64,000 bases of DNA from Octopus sinensis (GCF_006345805.1 NC_043001.1:70742001-70806000), one strand, 5' to 3'; counted from the stretch's first letter, positions 40,082 to 53,450 are shown. The notes: a model not told the origin generated them from the sequence alone. A program made the numbers and translations.

Positions 40082-43000
40082 ATGGCTTCGCTTAACCTTG
40101 GTTGTTTAAATGTGCGTGGTCTGAGTTCGAAGTGGAAGCAGGCTAGTTTCCTCGACGACCTCAGATCACATGATATACATGTGATGGTTGCTACAGAGAC
40201 CAAGCTGGACAGCCTACAAACCTTCTCGCCTCTCCTGAATGGCTACGAGAAAATCATGTCTCCTGGCCAGACCGGAGGGCGAGGGGGCGTAGTGGTACTG
40301 ATCCGTAAAGACTTGGCTCTACAGACAAGTACAGTCTATGTAGACCCAGAAGGTGGGCTGGTCGTCCTTGATGTGACATACAGCAGTAAGGCCTTCAGGT
40401 TGATCGGACTCTATGCACCTTGTGCTAGAGGTTTCCGAACTGATTTTTATCGGCGCCTAGAATGGCTTTCTCGTGACGTCGAAGACTTTAGTGATATTAG
40501 GGGACTTTAATGCTATCGTTGACGTACACATCGATAGCGTTGGCTCGATCTATAGGAAAGTGAACTCACGTCTCGTGGATCTGCTTAAGCGGTTTCAGCT
40601 GGCAGATCGTTACAGACTTGACCATCCGAACGTCCCAGAGTGGACCTGGATGAGTGGCGACGGAAGGTTCAAGTCTTATCTAGACAGGATAGTGATAAGA
40701 ACTAGAGATAAGTCTAGTTTTAGTTGTCCACAGCTCGTCCAGGTGCCCTATACTGACCATAGAATGGTCACGTGTAGACTGGACATAGATAGCACACTTA
40801 AGATAGGAACCGGCTACTGGAAGCTGAACAAGTCTATTTTGACACGCGAGGCATACCGTAGCCGGATTAAGGTGTTAGTGCAGAGGGCGTTAACCGGAGC
40901 CGTGGTTAATAACCGGTGGTGGTTCACCCTCAAAAGAGCCATTCGATTCGAGTCCATTAGATTTAGTAAACAACAAGACTAGATAGGGCTAGAATAGAAG
41001 GGCAACTAGTTAAGAACTTAGAGGAGGCGTTGAGGTTGGGCTCTGCATCTCACATTTTAGCGGCGAGAACGGCATTAGACCGTCACCTCAAAACCAAACA
41101 TGAGGGATGTAGAGTCCGGGATAAAGTACGAGCATTGGGCCGTGAGGGAATTAATGTTGCCGGATGGGCCCGTACGATAGAAACACAGCGTGGAAACGAT
41201 GCCACAATTGGGTCTCTTGTTGATGAAAACGGATGCACGATCAAGAAGCGGGACGAGATGTGTGAGGCACTTCACAAGCACTTCGCCGAGTTGTTCGGGA
41301 GGTGCGGGACGCTGGATCATGGTGAGGCCCTTAGGGACTTCCTGTCTGGTGGCCCGCGCCTCTCGACACGAGAGGCTGAGTGCTGTGAAGGGCCAATCAC
41401 AGCCGAGGAAGTAATCGAGGTGTTGGGCAAGTGCCCCGGGGAGAAGTCGCCGGGTCTCGATGGTCTGCCCTATGAATTTTATAGAAGTATGCCAGACTTG
41501 TTCGAGCACCTGCTGGCTAGCGTCTACGCCAACTGGCAACAGAATGGGAGAATTCCCAAGTCTGCAAGCCGGGGGGCGGTGACGTTGATCAGGAAGGACC
41601 CGAACAAGGGGGACGAGATAGGGAACTTCAGGCCCATAACTCTGTTAAACACAGAGTTAAAGATTCTGGCCAAGGTGCTAGCAAAAAGGTTGGCGCGGGT
41701 CGTGGACAAACTTGTCGGGGAAGCGCAAACGTGCGCTATCCCCGGCAGAACGATCCACGATAATCTCCACCTTATACGCTACTCCTTAGAGAGGGTGGGG
41801 AAGCTTTCTGGCGTAGGGGGAGCACTGGTACATTTAGACCAGTCCAAAGCATTTGATAGGGTCGAGCATCGGTACCTGGCGGCGGTCCTCGGAGAGGCTG
41901 GCTTAGGCCCGACCTTTCGAGGTTGGATCGCTGCTTTGTATAGCGACATCGAATCTGTAGTCAAGGTGAACGGTTCCTTTTCGAAGCCGTTCAGGATCGA
42001 GCGTTCAGTTCGTCAAGGGTGTCCCCTGTCCTCGCTCCTATACGTATTGGCTCTTGAGCCTTTGCTGCGGAAGTTGGAGGCACTAGGGGGCGCGCCGCAT
42101 GATCTATGGTGTGGAAGAGGAGCTACGGCGTATGCGGATTACACCTCCATCATCGTGGCAGACGAAGGCCAGCTTCCAGTGGTGGAAGAGGCCATCAAAA
42201 GCTACGAGGCGGTGGCAGGAGCAAAGGTTAACAAGGACAATCCGTCGGTTTGCAACTCGGCACCTGGAGGGGCAAGCCGATGCCGTCCAATAACGTCGTA
42301 GGGCGTTGGACGGAAGGTCCTGTTAAGCTGCTCGGAGTCTGGTTCGGGCCAGACCTCCAGATTGAGAAAAATTGGAGTGAGGTGGCCAACAAGGTGACCG
42401 CTCAAACCCAGACCTGGTCTGGGCGGGCGTTATCCCTGCTAGGGAAGGTGGAGGTGGTGCAGATGTTTATAGCATCAGTAATCACCTACCGTCTGACCGT
42501 GGTGCCTTGCCCCGATTTGTGGCTGAACAAGTTGGAGAGAATCCTTTTCCGATTTTTGTGGAAAGGAGGAAAGCCACTTGTAAAGCGCTCTGTCTGCTGC
42601 CAGAAACCGCTAAAGGGTGGGCTAGGGATGCCTTGGCTGAGGATGCGAAAACTCGCGTTAAGGTTGAGGCACCTCTGGATTTACCTGGATATAGAGCAGG
42701 TGTGGTCACCGCACGTCCGGTTCTACCTTCCCCAGTTAACATCCCTAACGGACATCGGTGCATGGATTAAGCGGAGACCTAAACTGAGTGAATGGCATTT
42801 GGAGTGCCGTCAGGCGCTCCAGCTACTATCTCGGGTGGGCAACGCCGGCAACAGGAGTTCCACCACGGATTTCTATAGCGGGTTAGTGGAGATTAAGTCC
42901 GAAGACGCCTTGGGGGAGACCCTGGGCTACGATGAAAATCAGTTGGTCAACCTGTTCCGGAGGACGTTCGGGCCGGGGTATCTGGATAATTACCAGAAAT

Positions 43001-43482
43001 CCCTGGCCTGGCAGTGTTTCCGTGCGGCTTTACCTGTTCGCGAGAAGCTGTCAAGGCACGGTAGTGCCGTCTCGCCGACATGCCCGCGATGTGAGCAGGA
43101 TAGGGAGACCGTCTTGCACGCATTCGTGGAGTGTCCGGAGCTATCGGGACTGATAGCTTTTGTTGAACAACTGTTGTCAGTGATGGGAAGAGTACAGCTA
43201 TCAGCTGAGTCTATCATCGAGATTGTGCCGCCCCCTTTTCTTAACAGGGAAAGAAAGGCTTGTTTTTTCTGTGTAGTAGCCATACTGAAAGAAACAGTAT
43301 GGAAGACGCGTACGAAAGGTATAGTGACACGCACCTTTGTCTCCGGCCAGGGGTTGATTAACTTTTTTAGTTACCACCTCAGTAGCAAAATCAGGCTGGA
43401 GAAGAGGTGTCTGTCACGAGATATGTTTGTGAAAAGATGGAAGCCTGTGGCATACAAGATGGGTATGTTTGGCACCAGGTAA
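40082..43482 (+). CDS. Tx1 ORF2: APE endonuclease, reverse transcriptase and CCHC domain, broken into four frames
   Basis: GCLNVRGL, ATETK, ILGDFNA, YLDRI, YTDH (APE); KSPGLDGLPYEFY, FRPITLLN, LDQSKAFDRV, VRQGCPLS, YADY (RT); CPRC..HAFVEC. Confidence 0.9.
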
Positions 43483-43710
43483 GTGTGACCGGATCAGAAA
43501 GTAAAGGTTCTACCCGGATGGCCGGGTGTCCATCCTTCTACATGATCATTAATATTTTTAAACATTGCCTTCGTAAAATTCATTGTTTATAATCTTATCC
43601 GTAATTTCATTCGAAAATTGTAACTGTGTTAAGCTACTTCACCCTTTATATTTGTCTGTCCTTGTTTGTCCCCTCTTTGTAAATGCCTAAATGGCAAATT
43701 ATATGAAATA

Positions 43711-44104
43711 AAGTAGCTTGCTAACCAACCACATGGTTCCGGGTTCAGTCCCACTGCGTGGCATCTTGGGCAAGTGTCTTCTGCTGTAGCCCCGGGCCGA
43801 CCAATGCCTTGTGAGTGGATATGGTAGACGGAAACTGAAAGAAGCCTGTCGTATATATGTATATATATATATGTATGTATGTGTGTGTGTTTGTGTGTCT
43901 GTGTTTGTCCCCCTAGCATTACTTGACAACCGATGCTGGTATGTTTACGTCCCCGTCACTTAGCGGTTCGGCAAAACAGAACGATAGAATAAGTACTGGG
44001 CTTACAAAGAATAAGTCCCGGGGTCGATTTGCTCGACTAAAGGTGGTGCTCCAGCATGGCCGCAGTCAAATGATTGAAACAAGTAAAAGAGAGAGAGTAA
44101 AGAG

Positions 44105-44105
<1 letters not shown>
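43711..44105 (+). mobile_element. Remainder of the family A SINE interrupted by Tx1
   Basis: Continues CAACCACATGGTTCCGGGTTCAGTCCC through to the GACTGAAACAAG-type tail. Confidence 0.9.
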
Positions 44106-44181
<76 letters not shown>

Positions 44182-44184
44182 TAT

Positions 44185-44350
44185 ATAAAATCCGTTCTGT
44201 CTGTCTGTGTGTCTTCCAGGACTTCGGGCATCCGCCATCCGATTGCGCTCAAATTTGATATGTAGATATCGATGGTTTCCGGGTTTGTATGTGTCTTGAA
44301 AAAATTACAAAAATTCATTCCAGGTGCGAATGCGATCGATAAAGCTATTT
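44185..44350 (+). mobile_element. HINE/Helentron-like fragment
   Basis: GTTCTGTCTGTCTGTGTGTC followed by CCGATTGCGCTCAAATTTG, typical of such elements (recognition). Confidence 0.35.
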
Positions 44351-44723
44351 TTGTCCTGCTTTTCTTCCATCAACCTGTACATAACTGCACCTTCCATTTC
44401 TTGTTGTTTTTGTACTGCTTAAAGCACGTTTCTTTCCTGCCAAGTTTACTGTTTAAACCAAGTTTGTGTTCTCCCTGTCAACAGCCTTATCATTACTGGT
44501 ACTTTAAACTCTTCGGTTGCATATTTGTGTGAATAAAATCGTTCTTCTTTGGAATAGCAAAAAAGTCTATCTTTATTTCTTCTTTTGCTGGTGTCTCAAA
44601 TTTAGGTTAAGTCAGTGTTTCTCAAAGAGGAGGCCTATGGGACGGTCGGACAAGGTGTTATGAGAAAATTTGGTTTAAATGTTGACAACTCAGCACCGTC
44701 CATTGGACGTTAACGTTTTGCTC

Positions 44724-44776
<53 letters not shown>

Positions 44777-45174
44777 TGTATGTATGTGCGCGTATGTATT
44801 TACTCGATAAACGAAGAACACGGGAATATATTTTAAAATCTATTAGCACATATACGTTTAAATCAATAGCAGTTACATATTTTCACATGTATTTTATTCG
44901 ATTATCAATTTCCGCATTGGCTATTAAGTACTTTTTCTTTTTAATTTCTCTACTGTTAAGTATGTTAGCTAAGACCGACATAAGGTGGAGCGAATTTACT
45001 AATGCTGGTGTTTATTATTCCTATTTATTTCTTAGAGAATAATAAAGAAAACGTAAATTCGAAAAAGAAGTATTCCTTAACGACATGATCTGTCTGTAGA
45101 TACACACACTGGCACAGATGCACACACACACGCACACACACACACACACATACATATAATATATACATATATGG

Positions 45175-45534
45175 CTTTTATTCTTTTAGTTGTTTCAGTC
45201 ATTTGACAGCTACCGTGCTGGAGCATTGCCTTAAAGAGTTATAGTTGAACAAATCGACCCCGGGACTTATTTGTTAAGCGTAGTGTTTATTCTATTGGAC
45301 ACATTTTACAGGGACGTAAACACACTACCACCGGTCATCAAGCGTTGATAGGGAGAAAAACAGATACAGATACACACAGTCATAGAATTATGCATGTATG
45401 TATGTAGGTATGTAGCGCGATCTTCTTTCAATTTCCTTCTACCAAATCCACTTACAAATCTTTGGTCGGCCCGAGGCTGTAGTGGAAGAAACCTGTCCAA
45501 GGTGCCACGCATGCATACATACACACACACATAC

Positions 45535-45576
<42 letters not shown>

Positions 45577-45981
45577 TATATATATATACATATATATATT
45601 TCTTTCTTTTTTTCTTTTACTTGTTTCAGTCATTTGACTGCGGCCATGCTGGAGCACCGCCTTTAGTCGAGCAAACCGACCCCGGGACTTATTCTTTGTA
45701 AGCCTAGTACTTATTTTATCGATCTCTTTTGCCGAACCGCTAAGTTACGGGGACAAAATCACATCATGCTAGGGGGACAAACACAGACACACAAACGTAC
45801 ACACACACATATATATATATATACATATATATGACGGGCTCCTTTCAGTTTCCATCTACCAAGGCTTTGGTCGGCCCGAGGCTATAGTAGAAGACACTTG
45901 CCCAAGGTGCCACGCAGTGGTATGAACCCGGAACCATGTGGTTGGTAGACAAGCTACTTACCACACAGCCACTCCTACGCC
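45175..45981 (-). mobile_element. Two adjacent family A SINEs (about 45175-45510 and 45600-45981)
   Basis: Both homologous to 590-1064; the second keeps the full head CCACACAGCCACTCCTACGCC. Confidence 0.85.
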
Positions 45982-46855
45982 AATATATATATACTAATAT
46001 ATATATACTTATATATATTTATTTGTATGTATGCTTGTATGTATTGGAATTGGTGTATGTGCACCAATATTCTTCCTGTGCTATCATTACGTGCGGTTTT
46101 TATATCTGTACATTACTAAAATTGTTAGGGATCTTCCGTTGATGTACTCTGAAAAACCTACGAAGTGAATTGTATGAGTAATGCATGTACCGCATGTTCT
46201 AAAACGAATACACCAAAACGATTCCTTCATATTGTTTCGTTTTCCTTATTCTAGCAAAGACAGCTTTGTCTAGCTATACTACTACACATAAATAAAGAAT
46301 GATTTAATATTATAATAGCTGTAGTGCTCTGTTAGATAGAAAATAACAGTTCTGAATATAGAGAATCCAATGAATCGGAATAGATAGATTTCCTCTGATA
46401 CATGAGACAAAAATCGTTTTAGTATCATATATTATGATTAACGACTTTAATCTATAAATGTATATATAACTTAGTTGTTGTCTTTTTGCTTTTATATATA
46501 TATATCTATGTATATATATATGTGTGTGTGTGTGTGCGTGTGTGTATGTGTGAGTGCGTGTGTGTGCGTGTGTGTATATATGTATCTGTTTGTGTGTACA
46601 TATATATGTATAGTTTTTCCTTTCAAAGCAGTATTATATATTTTCAATCCAGTTTTCTCTGGCATTGAGATTATCATGAAGATTTGATAGTGGATAAGAT
46701 ATACTGTAATTCATTTGATTCAAGAACCACATGATATTACGTAAAAATAGTATTTCTTTCTAACCACAGCGAAAGCAAACTAATTTAGTCCCGAGATTCA
46801 TAGCATATACCAATTGGTTTTTATTTGATTTTTTATTTATTTTCTATTTTGTCAG

Positions 46856-46890
46856 CCGCTATTGAATTTCAGAAAACTTTTGCACAACGT
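46856..46890 (+). CDS. Candidate 35-nt exon of an unidentified host gene (xAIEFQKTFAQR)
   Basis: Long pyrimidine tract ending TTTTGTCAG; donor GTATGT; open reading, phase 1 to 0. Confidence 0.4.
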
Positions 46891-48058
46891 GTATGTTAAA
46901 TATCGGCTATATTCATAAAATAAGGTAATTTTTCATCGTAAGTTTTTATTCATTGGATGTATATAACATAATGTAAGTTCACACCAATGGAAACGAGAAA
47001 GCACTGAGTGGCTGGTGTTCGACTGAATAAGCTTGTTTCTCATACGTAGTTATTGCCTTGTCGTGGGAAGAAATCATTAGGCATGGCCATGTGGTTAACA
47101 AGCTTGCTTTTCAATCACTTGGTTTCGGCTACAGCCCCATGCAGTTTGTTCGATGATATCAATTCCAGACGGCGCCCTATCCTGGCAGCAGTTCAATGCC
47201 TGAAAGAAGTAAAAGGTAAATTATCTCGATTCGCATTTTTGATACAATCACTCATATAGCCGTACTAATTACGCAATAGAAATTACATCAAGTATCATTA
47301 AATGTATATTTTTAATGGTAGCTCATCTCTGACAAATTCCAATTCTGTTTCCACTTAACCTATTTAACGTATTAATAAAATTCCGTTTACTAAACGTTAT
47401 GAAATAAAATACACATCGTGATACAAACATACACACATACACACACACACAAACAGTCGCACACGCAAACAGTCACACCCCCACATGCACACACACAAAC
47501 AAATAGACACACGCGTATCTGTATACACACACACACACACACACACGCAAGCAGACAGACATACACACATGCACATACATGCACACTCGTGATTATCGTA
47601 AGACATTCTTGCCCAAGATATTGCGCAGTAGGAATGAAGATAAAATCCTGTGGTCTTAAATTGAGGCATTTCTAAAAAATCCTCCCTCCGATTTAAATGC
47701 GTTTATGTAAACATGCACAGAGTACACCTTCTGTAAATCATCTCTTTTGATCCTTTATTTTATCTTTTCGAGTTTAGTTAAGAATATCATTCCAACAGAA
47801 TATCTAGGAAAACTTGAAACCGAATGATGCAGTAGATGTCTATAGTAGTAGCAATATGCATTGTATACTAAACACTATCTTGTTTGTTTAAGAGGAAATC
47901 ACATATGTTCATTTTGTTTTCGACTTTTCCTTTTTATTCTCTTGTGTTTTATGTGTATGAGTATATTTCCAGCAAGACGATATTGGTGAGGATTTTGTAT
48001 TAAAAAAGCCGCAGGCGGCTGATACCAAAAGTAAAGCAGCAACAGCAATAACAATAAC

Positions 48059-48125
<67 letters not shown>

Positions 48126-49041
48126 ACGCGAATAAAAATTAAAATTAATGAAAAAATGGTGAAGAAAAAAAATTAAAAAGTGAATAGTAAATGAACAAAA
48201 ATTACAGGAATTCTTACTTTACGCAAAGAAAAGGAAACCGAGGGTTTTAATACAAATATTGTAAAAATTGTTTTACTTCGGATAAGAAAGCGGGCGGGTT
48301 GATTCTGAGAAAGACAATGTCATTCTTAAAGAGAAAGACGATAATTTGAACCAGACCACAAACAAATAAATCTATTATAATCATGACAATCTCATGAAGA
48401 GTAAAATACAATGGAAAGAATATAATACTTGGACAGAAAATAATGATTTACAGTAACAAAAATATACAGATTCTGTCTGTCAATCTATTTAAAGATAAAA
48501 AAAGAAAACGCGGCAGACAGTGGTTCTCAGAGTGATACGTGTTTGTTTCAAGGATCAGACGAGGTCTGTTTAATTCACTAGAATCTCCATCTTGAGTAAA
48601 AGACAGTTTTTCTATGTTTGTTTTTGTTATTTTATATTCATAATAAGCTTTTGATTCTCTATCACGTACAAATATATTCGTCTTTAGAACATCTCTATTG
48701 ACCCGGCAGACATATCTAAGGAGATCACAAACATTATTACTATCATCGTTAGTATCACTGTCGTCATTATTTTCATCGTATTTGTTTTTCATCGACGACC
48801 TTACTCTTATTATCGTCAACTAAAATCACCGGCACTATAAAACAACATCAAGATCCGGCGTAGTAATGGTAGTAGTAGGAAAACTGTTGAGGTCAACAAT
48901 GTCACTGTCAGAATATTTACAGAATGTGAAAAATGAAATTTTTAAGACTTTAAGAATCTTCATGAGAAATTTATATATATGCTATATATGTATATACATA
49001 TACATGTATATATACATATACATGTATATATATACACATAT

Positions 49042-49078
<37 letters not shown>

Positions 49079-49082
49079 GTGT

Positions 49083-49148
<66 letters not shown>

Positions 49149-49839
49149 GTGTATATATATACATATATATTTTTTTCCTTATTTTTAACCCTCTGCAAAG
49201 GAATTTTATTTAATTCTTTCGCAGGAAGGACTTGTTCGACGAGACGTGTTCTGTCCTCACCTTCGAAACACGCTGGAGTTGAACTAGGGACAGCTGATGA
49301 GGGGGATTTTTCCTTGTGTAGTTGTCTTGTACTCTGTTTTTTCGTTGTTAAAAAAATGGTCCGTTCCATGCCATTTTTACTTTTTCGTTTCTCGTTGAGC
49401 TCTACGTCTATTTGTAGTGTCCTGTACACACGTATATATATTTATATATGCATGTATATATACATGTAGATGTAGGTACGTACATATATGTTTGTATGTA
49501 TGCATATATTTTATTTATTACACTATATATATATGCATGAATATATCGGTACAGGACATCAAAAAAAAAAAACGTAGACAAAATGAGAAACGAGGACATA
49601 AAAACAAAATCACAGGAAACGAACTTTTTTCGAACAACGAAAGAAACAAACAGAAATAGGAGAGAGGCAGCATAAAACAACATTCCCTTCATCAGTTGTC
49701 CCCTGTTTTATCTACTCCACGTTTCGAAGGTAGGGACAAATGTTTTTTTTTATATGTATGTATATATGCATATATTTATATATTATTTATATTATTATAT
49801 GATCAAACGCCTCGCATCCAAGTAAGTTTTATCTTATAA

Positions 49840-49878
<39 letters not shown>

Positions 49879-50110
49879 CATACATACATACATACATACG
49901 TACATACATACGTACATACATACATAACATACATACATACATACATTTTGAGTTTCTATATGTTCGCCGACACATACACACATGCACATGTAAATAAACA
50001 AATATTTTTTGTGTGTGTAGATGTATATACCAAATGAGAGAGAGAAAACTAAATTCATGAGATTAATCAAAAACGATCGTTTCAACCCATCTTACATCGA
50101 TCTCTTGCAG

Positions 50111-50182
50111 GTGAAATTCTGGACAACTGGCTGTGGTGCAACATTCGGTACAGATGTGTCTCGTCGGGTGTCTTTTCGAAAG
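50111..50182 (+). CDS. Candidate 72-nt exon (VKFWTTGCGATFGTDVSRRVSFRK in phase 0)
   Basis: Acceptor TCTCTTGCAG, donor AAG|GTATCT; GC-richer than flanks; length divisible by 3. Confidence 0.5.
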
Positions 50183-51214
50183 GTATCTCGCTCAATAAAC
50201 TCGGTTGTATAGATGTGTGTGTGTGTGCACGCGCGCGTGCTGTGTTTATGTGTGTGTGTGTATCTACATAATGAAAGGTTTTGTTTCAAACGCACCCTCC
50301 ATTGGGTATAGGTCATCTAATTTTCATTGAACCGTATCTGTAAACTCAGGTGTAAGGTAGTTGATTTTTTTTTTTTAAATACGCTTTTGATATCTATACA
50401 TTTCTCGCCTTTTCTGTTTTCGATAGCGGTGATCTATATTATTAAATTTGATGATTTTTATTGAATTAAAATGCATACTCAATTAAGGAAAAAGTTATGC
50501 ACATTCGACTAAACATATTTTTACTCGCTGCTCAGTAAATGTCTTTGAAAATTCGCCGTCGCTGAAAGTTGCTGCATATTGATTTACATTTTTAATGAGA
50601 TAAAGTAAGTAAAATAAGAAGATGGTTATTTCTTTTTAAGCTACTGAAATAAAATTAACATTAAATACAGTATTTGAAAGTTTCAGACATCATACAAGAC
50701 TGAAAAAAAATCTCACTAAACTCACCTGCATTAGCATGAAACTATATGCGCATAGATTCGCATACGAAATAACCATAAATTACATTAAATCATTTAAGCT
50801 TAAGCAAAAATAAGTTTCAACAGCTTTATAACATCTTTATGTGTGTATGTGTGTGTGTACATATATAACTGCATCTATACACATGTACATAAATAATATT
50901 ACTATTATTTCTATAATGTTTCTCTTATTTCTAGGTATCTTGACACTCTTAGTCACCTACAGTGACCTTTATATTGCTCCTTTATGGTATCACATTGCGC
51001 CTTGCTGTTTATAGTAACCTTTGTAATCACATTAGCGATCCGCTAAATCATCCCTAAACTTTTATGGTAAATACATATACGCTGACGGGAATATTGGCTC
51101 AGAATCTGCCGCACAAGCGGTCCTTACTAATGAAGGCAGCGAAAATAGCCGAAAATGGACGTTCGGTCAAAGGAATTCTTGAGTCAGTGATTGGGGCAAT
51201 AACAGCCACTGTCA

Positions 51215-51254
<40 letters not shown>

Positions 51255-51471
51255 AATCTCTGAACGAGGTATAAACAGTAACTGCACGACAATGTGAGGT
51301 ATATTTGCCATCTCAATATGGCTAAACACTAAGGGTGGGTGTTACTGTAGCTTGTAGCCCCAGGAGAACATATATATATATATATATACACACACATTTA
51401 TATGCTTTTTCTGGAGCATTATAGCCTTTTGGCTCTTATTTCTAGCAATCTATGTGTTCTGACACCCTTAG

Positions 51472-51507
<36 letters not shown>

Positions 51508-51586
51508 CCTTCCGCTCATTCAATATGTGACCGCGTGTGTATCATTGGCGATTTTTTTCCCTTCTTTGGATCTTTCCTTTTCCTGT

Positions 51587-51621
51587 GTTTCTGACGAAGA
51601 GGTCCGCTCGAAACGTTAAAT
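51587..51621 (+). ncRNA. Minimal type I hammerhead motif in a PLE-type terminal repeat fragment
   Basis: GUUU-CUGACGA-A-GAG guccg CUC-GAAA-CGU-U then AAAU; helix III reduced to the palindrome ACGU. Confidence 0.55.
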
Positions 51622-51989
51622 CCTCTTACTTTCTTTCTTTCCTCAGCGTCGAATAACACTATACTTTTTCCACGTCCTCGCGTTGTTGTGTTTTCTCTTT
51701 GTGTTATCAGGTTTGGATTAACTTTATATATATATATATATAAAGTTATATATATATATATATATGAAATTATATATACAAGCGAAAGAGCTACAAATAT
51801 TTTCATGCTGTTATGACAATTGAACAGATATTATAAAGTACGCCATGTATCTTAAAGCAATCTTTCAGGCTCCGTTCATACCTTATATATAATTTAAAAA
51901 AAACAAGAATCCTGGATAGTAATAAAATAAGAAAAAAAAAAAAACGAGGGAAAGCATGAAGTACGTTGGCTCAAAAACTGGAACGAGAA

Positions 51990-53080
51990 AAAAATAAACG
52001 AAATAAAGAATTACTATCCTCGTCATCCTTGATTGCAGAATCTCATTAAATACAACTGGTCTCGAACAAAATAACACAAAAGATGTCTAAGTCTGCAAGA
52101 CAGCAACAGAATCCGAAACGGGCGCTGGCCCCTATTTCGACACAAGAAACCCGTCAATGTGTCTACACCTGGTAAAATCTTCAGATCTCGAATTAAGCAT
52201 TGTGTTGGAATTGTTGAATCGAACAATAATGTGAGGCCTTTCTGTAACGCAAAAGTTGCATTTCTTAGGCCCATTAACATATGGTTTGGGTTTCTCCACT
52301 ATTCTCCATTTAGATGTGTGTGGTGTGGAGCTGCTCTTCAAAATTTATACGTGGCTAGTCTACTTAGTTGCATTACTGTTATCGATATCCCGGAAATAAG
52401 ATAAGTGGTTTGTATAACGTCTCCTGAATTCGCTCTCACATAACCCGATGCATTTCTTCTTTTCATTTGATTTGTCTTGCAGCGTAGATGTCACTTCATC
52501 TTGGTATGTGACGATATTTCTCATACAAGCCTGGTCAAGTGGGTAATCTTCAGGGTCTCGGCAGTTACAACCGAGAGTGGTCTCTTGGTCATTTTTTCGG
52601 GTTATTATGTTCTTCATGTTGGTGCAGCAGTTTTATGATAATTTTATTCAGCGCTTGTTAACAAGTTTCTGTATTTATGGTTTATTAAAATATGTTTATC
52701 TAAATATCATAGAAATTTCTTGCCTACGTTAAGGGAGAAAGGAATGGCGAGCCAAATTATTTTCTTTGGTATATTTTGAGGTTTCTTTTTACGATTCATA
52801 TTTGTACTTAAAGAGTTGCAATATATTTTATCTTTCAAGTTGCTGTTAGCTAGGGAATTTTTACAGTAGAAGGCTGCCTTATCGAATATGTGTTTAGAAT
52901 ATAGGTTTGATATCCTATTACTAATGTTAGCTTCAGATTTTTAGAAATTATAAGGGCATGACAAGAATGTTTATGTATGTAACAGATCTTGTTTGGCTTA
53001 TGATACGGCTTATAACAGTCAGAGTTTAGATCTAGAGAAACGTCTTTAAAATATCAACTTAAGACAGATTAGCAGTAATA
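51990..53080 (-). mobile_element. Penelope-like element fragment (RT C-terminus/linker and GIY-YIG)
   Basis: MKNIITR..CNCRDP..PLDQAC..KCIGLCESEFRRRYTNHLSYFR and KWRIVEKPKPYVNGPKKCNFCVTE..LNSRSEDFTRCRH. Confidence 0.85.
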
Positions 53081-53099
53081 ATGATTTTGAGGCCTAATT

Positions 53100-53450
53100 G
53101 ACTAAATTATCAGTGAGATTTTTTCAAAATTTATCAAGTGTGTGACCATCACAGCTATGAGATATCCCCGAACCATTGTCTCGATAGAGACAAACATCAT
53201 GGGATGGGAACTTGGATCTCAGTGTATGTAATATAGAGATCTACAAGATCACAAATGTCTGCACTGTCATACAATCCCATCCATACTTCAAACCTAATAT
53301 TTTAAACCCATGCTGAGCTTTACTAAATAGAAATGTTTTTCTCACATGCATGATAAACTCCAGGTATATGTGGTCTATATCCACGTACGTTTTTGCAAAT
53401 TCAATCGCAATGATCACGATTTCGAGGTATAAAAATCGACAATGTCGAAT
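53100..53450 (-). mobile_element. Degraded CR1-like RT remnant
   Basis: Weak motif echoes (AQHGF; IAIEFAK for YLDFAK). Confidence 0.3.

Larger units (their letters stand above)
38273..43710 (+). mobile_element. Near full-length Tx1/L1-clade non-LTR retrotransposon, 5438 bp, with 15/16-bp TSD
   Basis: ORF1 with CCHC knuckle; ORF2 with APE, RT and C-terminal CCHC. TSD AAGTAGCTT(T)GCTAAC at 38257-38272 and 43711-43725. No LTRs. Confidence 0.9.

Noticed and set aside
40473-43592. Overlapping alternate-frame and antisense ORFs within Tx1
   Set aside because: Expected by-product of GC-rich coding sequence; no motifs.
38273-43710. LTR retrotransposon interpretation because of the gag-like knuckle
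   Set aside because: No LTRs, protease or integrase; APE-RT-CCHC order defines an L1/Tx1 LINE.
49255-49315. Type II hammerhead from GAAAC..CTGATGA word order
   Set aside because: Helix I cannot form between the candidate triplet and CUGAUGA in either copy.
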